From an uncultured Thiobacillus sp. (GTDB lineage Bacteria; Pseudomonadota; Gammaproteobacteria; Burkholderiales; Thiobacillaceae), in contig CAYTRH010000001.1 in assembly GCA_964440155.1 (NCBI GenBank), positions 624 through 64,623 of the forward strand: a DNA stretch of 64,000 nucleotides, given 5' to 3'. The first letter of the stretch is position 1, and every line of letters starts with the position of its first letter. The position numbers and the translations under genes were made by a program. Under the pieces are notes generated by a model. The model did no database searches and was not told the origin of the DNA. It worked only from the letters and a program-made list of their open reading frames with translations. Positions 29,928 to 42,508 of the stretch are shown piece after piece.

Positions 29928-30677
29928 TCAACCTTCGGCGGTCTCGCCGGATTCTTCCACTTCGACGTATTCGTCCTCACCGGTGGCGACCATCTCTTCG
30001 ATCACCATGGTCTTGCCTTCCAGAATGGCGTCGGCCAGGCCGCGCGCGTACAGGCGGATGGCGCGGCTGGAATCGTCGTTGCCGGGGATCACGTAGTCCA
30101 CGCCGAGCGGAGTGTTGTTGGAATCGACCACGCCGATCACGGGGATGCCCAGCTTGTTGGCTTCGGTGATGGCGATTTTCTGGTAGCCGACGTCCACCAC
30201 GAACAGCGCGTCAGGCAGACGATCCATGTCCTTGATGCCGCCCAGGCTCTGCACCAGTTTGTCGTACTCGCGCTGCACCCGCAGGATTTCCTTCTTCGAC
30301 AGCGCGCCCGGCTCGGCCAGTTGGGCTTCGACTTCCTTCATGCGCTTGACGGATTGCTTGACGGTCTTGAAGTTGGTCAGCATGCCGCCCAGCCAACGGT
30401 GGGAGATCCACGGCATGCCACAGCGCGCGGCTTCCTCGGCCATGATGTCGCGCGCCTGACGCTTGGTGCCGACGAACAGGATGGTGCCTTTGTTGGCCAC
30501 CAGCCGACGCGCGAAATTCGCCGCCTCGTTGAACATCGGCAGCGTCTTTTCCAGGTTGATGATGTGGATCTTGTTGCGGTGGCCGAAGATGTACGGCGCC
30601 ATCTTCGGGTTCCAGTAACGGGTCTGGTGGCCGAAATGAACACCGGCTTCCAGCATTTGACGCATGGTGACAGACAT
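29928..30677 (-). CDS. rpsB: 30S ribosomal protein S2
   Basis: 249 aa. The N-terminus is [26 protein letters not shown]. Confidence 0.97.
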   Translation of the reverse strand: MSVTMRQMLEAGVHFGHQTRYWNPKMAPYIFGHRNKIHIINLEKTLPMFNEAANFARRLVANKGTILFVGTKRQARDIMAEEAARCGMPWISHRWLGGMLTNFKTVKQSVKRMKEVEAQLAEPGALSKKEILRVQREYDKLVQSLGGIKDMDRLPDALFVVDVGYQKIAITEANKLGIPVIGVVDSNNTPLGVDYVIPGNDDSSRAIRLYARGLADAILEGKTMVIEEMVATGEDEYVEVEESGETAEG

Positions 30678-30820
30678 GAGTGCTCCTGATGGTTAAGGTT
30701 GAGCCGCCATCCGCCGATGACCCCGCCTGGCTGTCGCGTCAGGGCACCTTAACTGGGGCGGATGTGAGGATTGACCGCAGCCGACGGGAATCGGCGGCTT
30801 GCGGCGGCCGGTATTCTAGC
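30678..30820 (-). promoter_or_regulatory. rpsB promoter (extended -10 TGcTAGAAT) plus a ~125-nt structured leader
   Basis: The minus strand reads TTTCCTGCTAGAATACCGG at 30808..30825, with TGnTAGAAT at 30812..30820. A -35-independent extended -10 promoter and an S2-autoregulated leader are established for gammaproteobacterial rpsB. The structure was not verified here. Confidence 0.5.
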
Positions 30821-30843
30821 AGGAAAGAAGGGGGATGGCGGGG

Positions 30844-32190
30844 CTATTTCTTGCCTTGCCAGGCGGCGTCGAGTGCGCGCAGGTGGGCCAGATGTTCGGC
30901 GATACGCGCCTCCGCGCCCCGCGGTGTGGGGTGGTAGAAGCAGGGCGGTTGGCTGACATCGTCGGGGAAATAGCGTTCGCCGGCGGCGTAGGCTTCCGCT
31001 TCGTCGTGCGCGTAGCGATAGGCGCGGCCATGGCCGAGCTGCTGCATCAGGCGGGTCGGGGCGTTGCGCAGGTGCGCCGGCACCGCGCGCGAGCCGTCCT
31101 CGGCGACGAAGCGCTGCGCTGCCTGGAAGGCGGTGTAGCCGGCGTTGCTCTTGGGTGCGCAGGCGAGGTAGAGCACCGCCTGGGCCAGCGCCAACTCGCC
31201 TTCCGGGCTGCCCAGGCGTTCATAGGTGGCGACGGCATCCAGCGCGATGCCCAAGGCGCGCGGATCGGCCAGGCCGATGTCCTCCACCGCCATGCGCAAT
31301 AGGCGGCGACCGAGATAGCGTGGATCGGCGCCGCCATCGAGCATGCGCGCGAACCAGTACAGCGCAGCGTCCGGCGCCGAGCCGCGTACCGACTTGTGTA
31401 GCGCGGAGATCTGGTCGTAGAAGACATCGCCGCCTTTGTCGAACCGCCGCTGCGTGGATGCCAGCACGTCATTGACGAAGGCTGCATCGACGTGTTCAAG
31501 GCCGGCGACGCGCGCTGCGCCGGCGAGCTGTTGCAGAAGGTTGAGCAGACGCCGGCCATCACCGTCGGCCTGCGTCAGCAATAGCGCCCGCGCGTCGTCC
31601 GCCAGCGCCGGCAGAGTCGCGTCGGCGGCCTGCGCGCGCGCGAGCAGGGCGGCGAGATCGTTCTCGTCGAGCGGCTCCAGCACGTAGACCTGGGCGCGCG
31701 ACAACAAGGCGCCCACCACCTCGAACGAGGGGTTCTCGGTGGTCGCGCCGATGAAGCTGATCAGCCCGGATTCGACGTGGGGCAGAAAAGCGTCCTGCTG
31801 TGCCTTGTTGAAGCGATGCACTTCGTCGACGAACAGCACGGTGCGCCGCCCGGCCCGGCGGTTGACACGGGCGCGTTCCAGCGCCTCGCGGATCTCCTTG
31901 ACGCCGGCCAGCACCGCGGAAATCTGAATGAAATCGGCATCGAAATGCTGCGCGGTGAGGCGCGCGAGCGTGGTCTTGCCGACACCGGGCGGCCCCCACA
32001 GGATCATCGAATGCGGCTGCCCGGAGGCAAACGCGACACGCAGGGGCTTGCCGGGTGCCAACAGATGACGCTGGCCGATCACCTCGTCCAGTGTGCGCGG
32101 GCGCAGACGCTCGGCCAGCGGTGCAGCGGCGTCGGCCTCGGGCGACGGCGTCGGCTCAGGGTCTGGCGCGAACAGGTCGGCGGTATCCAT
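30844..32190 (-). CDS. rarA: Replication-associated recombination protein A (AAA+ ATPase)
   Basis: 448 aa. Walker A is GPPGVGKTTLA. The C-terminal MgsA domain carries YDQISALHKSVRGS. Confidence 0.94.
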   Translation of the reverse strand: MDTADLFAPDPEPTPSPEADAAAPLAERLRPRTLDEVIGQRHLLAPGKPLRVAFASGQPHSMILWGPPGVGKTTLARLTAQHFDADFIQISAVLAGVKEIREALERARVNRRAGRRTVLFVDEVHRFNKAQQDAFLPHVESGLISFIGATTENPSFEVVGALLSRAQVYVLEPLDENDLAALLARAQAADATLPALADDARALLLTQADGDGRRLLNLLQQLAGAARVAGLEHVDAAFVNDVLASTQRRFDKGGDVFYDQISALHKSVRGSAPDAALYWFARMLDGGADPRYLGRRLLRMAVEDIGLADPRALGIALDAVATYERLGSPEGELALAQAVLYLACAPKSNAGYTAFQAAQRFVAEDGSRAVPAHLRNAPTRLMQQLGHGRAYRYAHDEAEAYAAGERYFPDDVSQPPCFYHPTPRGAEARIAEHLAHLRALDAAWQGKK

Positions 32191-32240
32191 GCCGCTACGC
32201 GCAGGTGTGCAGGCCGGCCGGTGCGCGGGTAAACCCGCCG

Positions 32241-32861
32241 TCAGGGCTCACCGATGACGTCCGCGCCCTTGGGCGGCGCAAAGCGGAACAGGCTGGCACC
32301 GAGGCGGGGATTGCGTTGCAGCTGGGAGAAGCGCAGCACGGTGGTCTGGCCGAAGTTGTCGCGCAGCTCCATGACCTGCAGATCATTGCCGCGAAAGCCC
32401 ATGCGCACCGATTCGAAGCTGCCTTCACGGCTCTTGGGCGTGGCTTCCAACCATTCCAGGCCATCCCGATCGGGGACGTCGCGCAGTTCGAACAGTTTGC
32501 CGATGTCATTGTCGCCGGCCAGCAGCGCGGCGGGACTCTCGCCGATGGACTGGTCGAGCGGGCGCACGGTGACCTGGTCCAGATCCTCGTCGTAAACCCA
32601 CAGCCGTGTGCCGTCACCGACGATCAACTGGGCGTAGGGCTTGCGGTAGACCCAGCGGAACTTGCCCGGCCGCGAGAAAAACAGCTCGCCCGTGGCTTCC
32701 TGTGTGCGGCGACCGGCGCGATCGAACACGGTCTGGCTGAACTCGGCCCTGAGCCCCTTGGTGCCGTTGACGAAGGCTTCCAGCCGTGCCTGGGCGCCTG
32801 CCAGCGCTGCACTCGCATAAAGACTCGCGCTCAGGGCGAGGAGGGTGAACAGTTTATTCAT
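32241..32861 (-). CDS. lolA: Outer-membrane lipoprotein carrier protein LolA
   Basis: 206 aa. It has a signal peptide and the FSQTVFD...[15 protein letters not shown] pattern. In the ftsK-lolA-rarA synteny. Confidence 0.92.
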   Translation of the reverse strand: MNKLFTLLALSASLYASAALAGAQARLEAFVNGTKGLRAEFSQTVFDRAGRRTQEATGELFFSRPGKFRWVYRKPYAQLIVGDGTRLWVYDEDLDQVTVRPLDQSIGESPAALLAGDNDIGKLFELRDVPDRDGLEWLEATPKSREGSFESVRMGFRGNDLQVMELRDNFGQTTVLRFSQLQRNPRLGASLFRFAPPKGADVIGEP

Positions 32862-35151
32862 GGCGGGGGGAGATCACTTCTCGGTTACCGTTGTTCTGCA
32901 TGGCTGACACCAGTCCGGCCTGTTCCATCGCTTCGATCAGACGCGCGGCACGGTTGTAGCCGATGCGCAACTGACGCTGCACGGCAGAGATCGAGGCGCG
33001 GCGCGACTTGAGTACGTAGGCCACGGCCTCATCGTAAAGTGGGTCGGCCTCGGCGCTGTTGTCCTGGGCGGCGCCGTCTTCCTCTTCCTCCGGGCTGGCC
33101 AGCACCGCTTCGTCATATTGCGGCGGCGCGAGTTCCTTGAGCCAGGCGCAGACCCGGTGCACCTCATCGTCGGAGACGAAGGCGCCGTGCACGCGCGTGG
33201 GTACACCATGGCCCGGCGGCAGGTACAGCATGTCGCCCTGGCCCAGCAGCGATTCGGCGCCCTGCTGGTCGAGTATGGTGCGCGAATCGACCCGGCTGGC
33301 GACCTGGAAGGCGACGCGGGTGGGAATGTTGGCCTTGATCAGCCCGGTGATCACGTCGACGGAGGGGCGTTGCGTGGCCAATACCAGATGGATGCCGGCG
33401 GCACGCGCCTTCTGCGCGAGGCGCGCGATCAGTTCCTCGACCTTCTTGCCGGCCACCATCATCAGGTCAGCCAGCTCGTCGATCAGTACCACGATGTAGG
33501 GCAGGGGGGTGAGACGCTCCGGGTTTTCCGGGGTGATGGAGAACGGATTGCTGAGTGGTGCGCCCGCTTTCTCGGCATCGCGCACCTTCTGATTGAAGCC
33601 GGTGATATTGCGCACGCCCAATGCCGACATGAGCCGATAGCGCTTGTCCATCTCGCCGACGCACCAGTTCAGCGCCGTGGCCGCCAGCTTCATATCGGTG
33701 ACCACGGGTGCCAGCAGGTGCGGTATGCCCTCATAGCTGGACAGTTCCAGCATCTTCGGGTCGACCATGATCAGGCGGACATCGCGCGGTGAAGACTTGT
33801 AGATCAACGACAGGATCATCGCGTTGATGGCCACCGACTTGCCCGAACCGGTGGCTCCCGCCACCAGCACGTGCGGCATGCGCGCCAGATCCGCGACTAC
33901 CGGGTTGCCGCTGATGTCCTTGCCCATCGCCAGCGTTAGCGGCGAGGGGGTGTCCTCGTACACCTTGGCGGACAGGATTTCCGACAGCCGGACCACCTGG
34001 CGTTGCGCATTGGGGAGTTCCAGACCCATGCAGTTCTTGCCGGGAATGGTTTCCACCACGCGGATGCTGACCAGAGACAGCGCGCGCGCCAGATCCTTGG
34101 CCAGATTGGTGATCTGGCTGCCTTTGACGCCCGATGCCGGCTCCACCTCGTAGCGGGTGATGACCGGTCCGGGATAGGCCGCCAGGACATTCACTTCGAC
34201 ACCGAATTCGTGCAGCTTGCGCTCGATCAGGCGCGATGTCGCCTCCAGCCCAGGCTGATCGATCTGGGTCGCGCTTGTCGTCGGCTCATCCAGCAGGCGC
34301 AACGGCGGCCGTTGCGCGTCGGGCATGTCACGGAACAACAGGTCCTGCCGCTCGACGTGCATGCGCTCCGAGACCTCGATGGCGGCAACGGGCGCCTCGA
34401 TGCGCACCGGCGTCTCCTTGCGCTGCCGCTTGCGCTCTTCGCGCACGACGTGCTCGCGCTCGCTGATCGCCTCCGCGCCGGCGCGCCGATCACGCCACGC
34501 GCGCCATCGTTCCAGCAGGAAGGCGTGCGCATGTTCGAGTCCGGCGCCGATGCGCTCGGCCAGGCCGATCCAGGACAAACCGGTGAACAGGCTGAGGCCG
34601 GCGCCCCAGACCAGCACCAGCAGTACGGTGCCGCCGTCGAAACCGAAATAACGGCTGAACAGCGCAGCCAGGCCATCGCCCAGGGCGCCACCCTGGGTCA
34701 GCGGCAACTGCATGGGCAGCCGGTGAAAGCGCAGGGATTCGAGCGCACTGGATGCCAGCAGGAACAGCAGGAAGCCCAGCAGAGCGATCGACAGGCCATG
34801 GCGATGTGTTTCATCGGCATCGCCGATGCGCCGGTAACCCCACCAGATCAGGCTCAACGCCAACATCACCCACAACCACGCCGAGGCCCCGAACAGGTAG
34901 AGCAACAGGTCGGCCAGCCATGCGCCAAAAGCGCCTCCGGCATTGTGCAACGCCAGCCCGCCGCCGGCACGCGACCAACCTGGATCACGCACGTCGTAGG
35001 TCAGCAGGATCATCGCCAGGTAGATCGCCAGCCCGACTGCGCCAAGCCACCAGATCTCGCGCAGCAGCGTCACCACACGCGGGGACAGTGCCGCGCGGGG
35101 CGTTGATCGGACGCTGGCTGCACGGCGGCGTGAAGTCGACTTGGCAAACAT
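32854..35151 (-). CDS. ftsK: DNA translocase FtsK
   Basis: I chose the start at 35151 ([10 protein letters not shown]...). It has N-terminal TM helices and a motor domain ([17 protein letters not shown]). The C-terminal gamma winged helix is [38 protein letters not shown]. Confidence 0.94.
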   Translation of the reverse strand: MFAKSTSRRRAASVRSTPRAALSPRVVTLLREIWWLGAVGLAIYLAMILLTYDVRDPGWSRAGGGLALHNAGGAFGAWLADLLLYLFGASAWLWVMLALSLIWWGYRRIGDADETHRHGLSIALLGFLLFLLASSALESLRFHRLPMQLPLTQGGALGDGLAALFSRYFGFDGGTVLLVLVWGAGLSLFTGLSWIGLAERIGAGLEHAHAFLLERWRAWRDRRAGAEAISEREHVVREERKRQRKETPVRIEAPVAAIEVSERMHVERQDLLFRDMPDAQRPPLRLLDEPTTSATQIDQPGLEATSRLIERKLHEFGVEVNVLAAYPGPVITRYEVEPASGVKGSQITNLAKDLARALSLVSIRVVETIPGKNCMGLELPNAQRQVVRLSEILSAKVYEDTPSPLTLAMGKDISGNPVVADLARMPHVLVAGATGSGKSVAINAMILSLIYKSSPRDVRLIMVDPKMLELSSYEGIPHLLAPVVTDMKLAATALNWCVGEMDKRYRLMSALGVRNITGFNQKVRDAEKAGAPLSNPFSITPENPERLTPLPYIVVLIDELADLMMVAGKKVEELIARLAQKARAAGIHLVLATQRPSVDVITGLIKANIPTRVAFQVASRVDSRTILDQQGAESLLGQGDMLYLPPGHGVPTRVHGAFVSDDEVHRVCAWLKELAPPQYDEAVLASPEEEEDGAAQDNSAEADPLYDEAVAYVLKSRRASISAVQRQLRIGYNRAARLIEAMEQAGLVSAMQNNGNREVISPRHE

Positions 35152-35201
35152 GGCGCGCACTATATCGGATGTGTCGGTCCACGCTCCATCCTGGCCGTAC
35201 A

Positions 35202-35229
35202 TTAAACATAGAATGCATATTATGTTAAA
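35202..35229. promoter_or_regulatory. AT-rich imperfect palindrome in the divergent ftsK/trxB control region
   Basis: The sequence TTAAACATAGAATGCATATTATGTTAAA has AACATA-N10-TATGTT arms around a central ATGCAT. It is the only strongly AT-rich stretch in this intergenic region. Confidence 0.35.
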
Positions 35230-35347
35230 TACACATTTGGTGGCCAGCGGTCGTGCTTCCCCGGCTGAGTGTTGCCAGACCCGAGCGCATCCGACCCTTG
35301 CGCTAGAATCGAGCCCTGTTGCCTTTTCCGGCCTGCACCCCAATTGA

Positions 35348-36325
<978 letters not shown>

Positions 36326-36342
36326 TTGATTGTTGTAAACCC

Positions 36343-36918
36343 ATGAAAAAACATGGGTACGAATGCCCCGTGCCATCCGAAACCGATTGTCGCTTGTTTC
36401 GTGAGGCGCTGGATGGCATTCAGCCGCTCGCCCCGCATGGCCGTGCCCTGCCCTCGGTACCGCGGCCGTCGCCGTTACCGCGTTCGCGCTGGCGTGACGA
36501 ACGGGCCGCCATGCATGCGGCGCTGCACGATCCCGTGGATTGGGATATAGATACCGATGCCACTGAAGACATGTCGTTCCTGCGGCCCGGCGTGCCTCGC
36601 AATACCCTGCGCAAATTGCGTCGCGGTGAATGGGTCACGCAAGCCGAACTGGATCTGCACGGATTGACACGGGCGGGTGCCAAGCAGGCTTTGGTAGATT
36701 TTCTGTGCGCCTGCCGTAAGCGCGACATACGCTGTGTACGCATCATTCATGGCAAGGGGCTGGGATCGTTGAATCGCCAGCCGATACTGAAATCGCACGT
36801 GCGTCATTGGCTGCAACAACGCGACGACGTGCTCGCTTTCGTGCAGGCGCGCGCTGTCGATGGTGGCTCTGGAGCCCTGAGGGTTCTGCTGAAAAGTGGC
36901 GGCGGGACGAACGGCTGA
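36343..36918 (+). CDS. Smr/MutS2-C domain protein
   Basis: 191 aa. The C-terminal Smr domain is ELDLHGLTRAGAKQALVDFL...VRIIHGKGLGS. Confidence 0.85.
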   Translation: MKKHGYECPVPSETDCRLFREALDGIQPLAPHGRALPSVPRPSPLPRSRWRDERAAMHAALHDPVDWDIDTDATEDMSFLRPGVPRNTLRKLRRGEWVTQAELDLHGLTRAGAKQALVDFLCACRKRDIRCVRIIHGKGLGSLNRQPILKSHVRHWLQQRDDVLAFVQARAVDGGSGALRVLLKSGGGTNG

Positions 36919-37067
36919 TTGGCGCCGCGATGGAATGGATTGCGGCTGAGTACGGCGCAATTCAGTCGATCCGCAAACAAAATTGCCAATGTTCGTTTCA
37001 GGAACTATTATGCGGCTCGTCAGTCAGCGAATTGCTGTTTCCCGTCAACGCAAACAGGAGTACTCAG

Positions 37068-37382
37068 ATGTCACAATACAAGGCGATTCTTGATCAGATC
37101 GAGCAACTCAAGCGCCAGGCCGAAGATGTACGCAGGCAGGAAATGGCCGGCGCCATTGCCGAGATCAGGCGCCTGATGGGTGAATTCGGCATTACCATCG
37201 CGGATTTGGACGATACTCGGCCACCCCGTCCACGCACCCGCGCGCGCACCGGTAGCGTCGGTCAGGCGCGCTATCGTGATCCCGCCAGCGGCAAGACTTG
37301 GACCGGTCGTGGCCGCCGTCCGGCGTGGGTAGTTGATCTGGAAGCGCAAGGGCGCAGCGTCGAAGAATATCGAATCGCTTGA
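37068..37382 (+). CDS. H-NS family nucleoid-associated protein
   Basis: 104 aa from the internal ATG of ORF 36807..37382. It has an N-terminal coiled coil (ILDQIEQLKRQAEDVRRQE). The C-terminal DNA-binding signature is ARYRDPASGKTWTGRGRRPAWV. The upstream region is AT-richer. Confidence 0.85.
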   Translation: MSQYKAILDQIEQLKRQAEDVRRQEMAGAIAEIRRLMGEFGITIADLDDTRPPRPRTRARTGSVGQARYRDPASGKTWTGRGRRPAWVVDLEAQGRSVEEYRIA

Positions 37383-37407
37383 GGCCGTAATGGCTGCCGA
37401 TGTCGAG

Positions 37408-37429
37408 GCCCCGCCATGCGGGGCTTTTT
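37408..37429 (+). terminator. Rho-independent terminator after the H-NS-like gene
   Basis: GCCCCGC-CAT-GCGGGGC, a perfect 7-bp stem, is followed by TTTTT. Confidence 0.8.
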
Positions 37430-37488
37430 CAATGAAGGCGATGCTCGCCCCGCGCCGTCAGTGCCGGTGTGGCTAATGATGGTCCGGA

Positions 37489-40232
37489 TTATGCCGGATC
37501 GAATACCTGTTCGATGATTTCCAGCCATTGGCGGCGATGCAATGCAGCGAGCCCGGTCGCCGGCGCAGAGCATTCCGGCCGGCCGGCGTAGCGTAATGGC
37601 AGAGAGGTGAGTTTGTGCAGATGATGCGCCATGAAACGCCATCCGCCCTGGTTGCGTGGTTCATCCTGCGCCCACACTAATTCCTGTGCGTTCGGGTAAG
37701 CAGACAGCACTTCGGCTATTTCGATGTCCGGAACCGGATAAAGCTGTTCCACCCGGATCATTGCGCAATCGTTGATACCCCGCTCGGCACGCGCATGTGT
37801 CAGATCGAAGTACAGCCGACCGCTACAAAACACGAGCCGCGTGACTGCTTCCGGCACGACTTCGCCGTCAGCGATCACGGGCAGAAATCGCGCTTCGGCC
37901 AATTCCTGGAGGGTCGAGGTGGCTTCCGGGTGACGCAACAGGCTCTTGGGCGTAAAAACGATCAGCGGCTTGCGATAAGGGCGAATCACCTGACGGCGCA
38001 ACAAATGGAATATCTGCGCCGGTGTGGTCGGCTGGGTAATCTGAATATTGTCATGCGCGGCCAATTGCAGAAATCGCTCGATGCGCCCGGATGAGTGTTC
38101 CGGCCCCTGCCCCTCATAGCCGTGCGGCAGGAACATCACCAGTCCGTTGAGCCGGGCCCATTTGGTCTCCGCCGAGGCGATGAACTGGTCGATCACTACT
38201 TGCGCGCCATTGGCGAAGTCGCCGAACTGCGCTTCCCAGATTACCAACTGGTCGGGCGATGCGCCGGCATAACCATATTCGAAGCCCAATACCGCCTCCT
38301 CGGACAGCAGCGAGTCCACCACGAGGAAATTGGCCTGGCCCGGAAGCAGGTGTTGGAGCGGGATATAGGCGCCATCATCCCAGCGCTCGCGGTTCTGGTC
38401 ATGCAATACCGCGTGGCGGTGAAAGAACGTGCCGCGTCCGGAATCCTGGCCGGTCAGACGCACCGGTGTACCTTCGGCGACCAGGCTGGCATAGGCGAGT
38501 GTCTCGGCCATGCCCCAGTCGAGGGCGACATCGCCCTCCCCCATGCGCCGGCGATCATCCATGATCTTCTGCACGCGCGGATGCAAGGAAAAATTCTCCG
38601 GCAGGTCCACCAGACGGCGTGCCAGGGCGTGCAGGTGTTCGATCGGTAGTCCCGTGCGCGCCGGTTCGCGCCAGTGGGTGTTGCGAAACGGGCGCCAGTC
38701 CGCGGCATACGGGCTCTTGGCGCTGGCCTGGTGGCTCGCCGGCGCATCCAGGCTGGCGCGATAGACCTGGATGAGGGTTTCGGTCTCTTCCAAGGTCATT
38801 TCGCCGCTGTCGACCAGCCGCTGCGCATACAGGGCCCGCGTGCTCGGCAGCTGATGGATGCGACGGTACATCAGCGGCTGCGTCGCCATCGGCTCGTCCT
38901 GCTCGTTATGGCCCAGCCGCCGGTAGCACACCAGATCGATGGCCACATCGCGCTGCCAATGCGCGCGGTAGTCCATGGCGATGCGCGCGGCGCGGATCAC
39001 CGCTTCCGGATCGTCACCGTTGACGTGCAGTACCGGCGCCTCGACCATTTTCATGACGTCGGTGGCGTACAGACTGGAACGGCTGTCACGCGGATCGGAG
39101 GTGGTGAAGCCGAGCTGGTTGTCGACGACGATGTGTAGCGTGCCGCCGGTGCGAAAGCCGCGGGTGGCGGCCATGTTCAGCGTTTCCATGACCACGCCCT
39201 GACCGGCGAAGGCGGCATCGCCATGGATCAGGACCGGCATCACCTGCGTCCCCTCGCGGTCGCCGCGGCGTTGCTGCTGGGCCCGCACCCAGCCCTCCAC
39301 CACGGGGTTGACGATCTCCAGGTGCGAAGGGTTGAAGGCCAGCGCCACGCGGACCGGACCCGCCGGCGTATCGAGTTCGGTGGCGTAGCCCTGGTGGTAC
39401 TTGACGTCGCCGCTGCGGTGCGTCGCCGTGATCTCGTCCTGCGCGTGCTCGAACAACTCAATGACCGAACGGCCCAGCACGTTGTGCAGCACGTTGAGCC
39501 GGCCGCGATGTGCCATGCCCAGGCCGATCTCCTGTACGCCGGCACGCGCCGATTGTTCGATCAGGTCGTTGAGCAGCGGGATCAACGATTCCGCGCCCTC
39601 AAGTGAGAAGCGCTTCTGTCCGACGTAGCGGGTGTGCAACGTCTTCTCCAGCGTCTCCGCGGCTGTCAGCTGACGCAGCAGCCAGCGTCGCAGTCCGTTG
39701 TCGATCTCGGGTGCGCCCTCCCCGCCCTCGATACGCTTCTGCAACCAGCGTTTCTGGGCGGTGTCGGTGAGATGCATGTACTCGACCGACAGTGTGCCGC
39801 AGTAGGCGCGCCTGACCCGCGCCAGGATGTTGCGCAGACGATCACGCGGTGGCCCCACCAGCGAACCGGTTTCGAACTCGCGGTCCAGATCGGCGGCCGT
39901 CAGGCCGTGGTTGGCTGGATCCAGTTCGGGAATGTTGGGCGTCGGCAACCGCCGCAACGGGTCCAGATCGGCGACCCGGAAGCCATGGAAACGATAGGCA
40001 TTGATCAGTTGCAGCACGCCCACCTGGGTGGATTCACACCGGGGCAGCGGCCGATCGGCAACGCCGGGGATGGGCTCTTCTGCATCGGCAGCAGCCACCG
40101 AGGCGAGGCGCTCCGGGTATTGAGCCTCCAGCGCGGCAAGGTAGTCGGCGCTGCCGGCATAGAGCGACGTGGCCGGTGCCGTCATCCGGGCGGAACCGGG
40201 CTGTGCAATGCGCACCCCACCCTGCCCGCGCG

Positions 40233-40236
<4 letters not shown>
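37489..40236 (-). CDS. sucA: 2-oxoglutarate dehydrogenase E1 component
   Basis: From ORF 37489..40353, which is SucA-like over its full length. An ATG at 40236 overlaps the gltA stop (ATGA). The alternative start is 40185 ([23 protein letters not shown]). No sucB or lpd follows it. Confidence 0.92.
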
Positions 40237-41533
<1,297 letters not shown>

Positions 41534-41537
<4 letters not shown>

Positions 41538-41788
41538 GTTGTCATGTGCCGGGTCGTCTTGATCTGCGCCAGCACCGCGCGCAACGCGTCGGGCGGCTCG
41601 TCCGCTCCGGTGAGCCAGGCAAACAGCGACATGTCATCGTGCACCAACAAGGCGGCGAAATCGGCGCGCAGCGGGCACGGCAATCCGGCATAACGCTGCT
41701 CCAGAAACGTGGTGAGCCAGGCATCCAGTTCCAGCATGCCGCGTCGGCAGTGCCAACGCAGGCGATCCAGGTCTTCCGGCTCGTTCAC
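41534..41788 (-). CDS. sdhE: FAD assembly factor SdhE (succinate dehydrogenase assembly factor 2)
   Basis: 84 aa from a GTG at 41788 that overlaps the sdhB stop (GTGA). It carries the SdhE signature [14 protein letters not shown]...F. Its stop overlaps the gltA ATG (ATGA). Confidence 0.8.
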
Positions 41789-42486
41789 AGCGCCCGTTTC
41801 ACGAGAAGCGCCTTGATTTTGCCGATGGCCGCCGTGGGGTTCAAGCCTTTGGGGCAGACTTCGACGCAGTTCATGATGCCGTGACAGCGAAACAGGCGAT
41901 AGGGATCCTCGACGAAATCCAGACGTTCGTCCGTGGCCTGGTCGCGGGTGTCGGCGATGAAGCGGTAGCTCTGCAACAAAGCCGCGGGCCCGAGAAAACG
42001 CTGCGGATTCCACCAGAACGACGGGCACGAGGTGGTGCAACAGGCGCACAGGATGCACTCGTACAAGCCGTCCAGCTCGGCTCGGTCAGCCGGACTTTGC
42101 AAACGTTCGTTCTCCGGCTCCGGATCCAAGTTGATCAGATAAGGCTTGATCGCGCGGTAATGCCGGTAGAACTGTTCCATGTCGACGATCAGATCGCGCA
42201 CCACCGGCAGTCGCGGCAAGGGTCGGACCTCGATGGGTTCACGCAGCCCTTCCAGTGCGGTGATGCAGGCCAGCACGTTGACGCCGTTGACGTTGACGCC
42301 GTCGGAGCCGCACACGCCCTCCCGACACGAACGCCGGAACGCCAGTGAGTCATCCACTTCCTTGAGCGCGATCAATGCATCCAGCACCTTGCGGCCGCGC
42401 GCGTCGAACTCGATCTCGTAGTCCTGCATGCGCGGCGGCGCGCCGGATTCGGGATGAAAGCGGTAGATGCGGAATCTCATGGCCAC
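41785..42486 (-). CDS. sdhB: Succinate dehydrogenase iron-sulfur subunit
   Basis: 233 aa. The Cys clusters are CREGVCGSDG, CILCACCTTSCP and CHGIMNCVEVCP. Confidence 0.96.
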   Translation of the reverse strand: MAMRFRIYRFHPESGAPPRMQDYEIEFDARGRKVLDALIALKEVDDSLAFRRSCREGVCGSDGVNVNGVNVLACITALEGLREPIEVRPLPRLPVVRDLIVDMEQFYRHYRAIKPYLINLDPEPENERLQSPADRAELDGLYECILCACCTTSCPSFWWNPQRFLGPAALLQSYRFIADTRDQATDERLDFVEDPYRLFRCHGIMNCVEVCPKGLNPTAAIGKIKALLVKRAL

Positions 42487-42508
42487 GCCGCCTCCTGCGG
42501 TCTGCCCA

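Noticed and set aside
35202-35229. A possible LexA (SOS) box upstream of ftsK.
   Set aside because: The palindrome arms are AACATA/TATGTT, not the gammaproteobacterial CTGT-N8-ACAG. It is kept only as an unassigned operator candidate.
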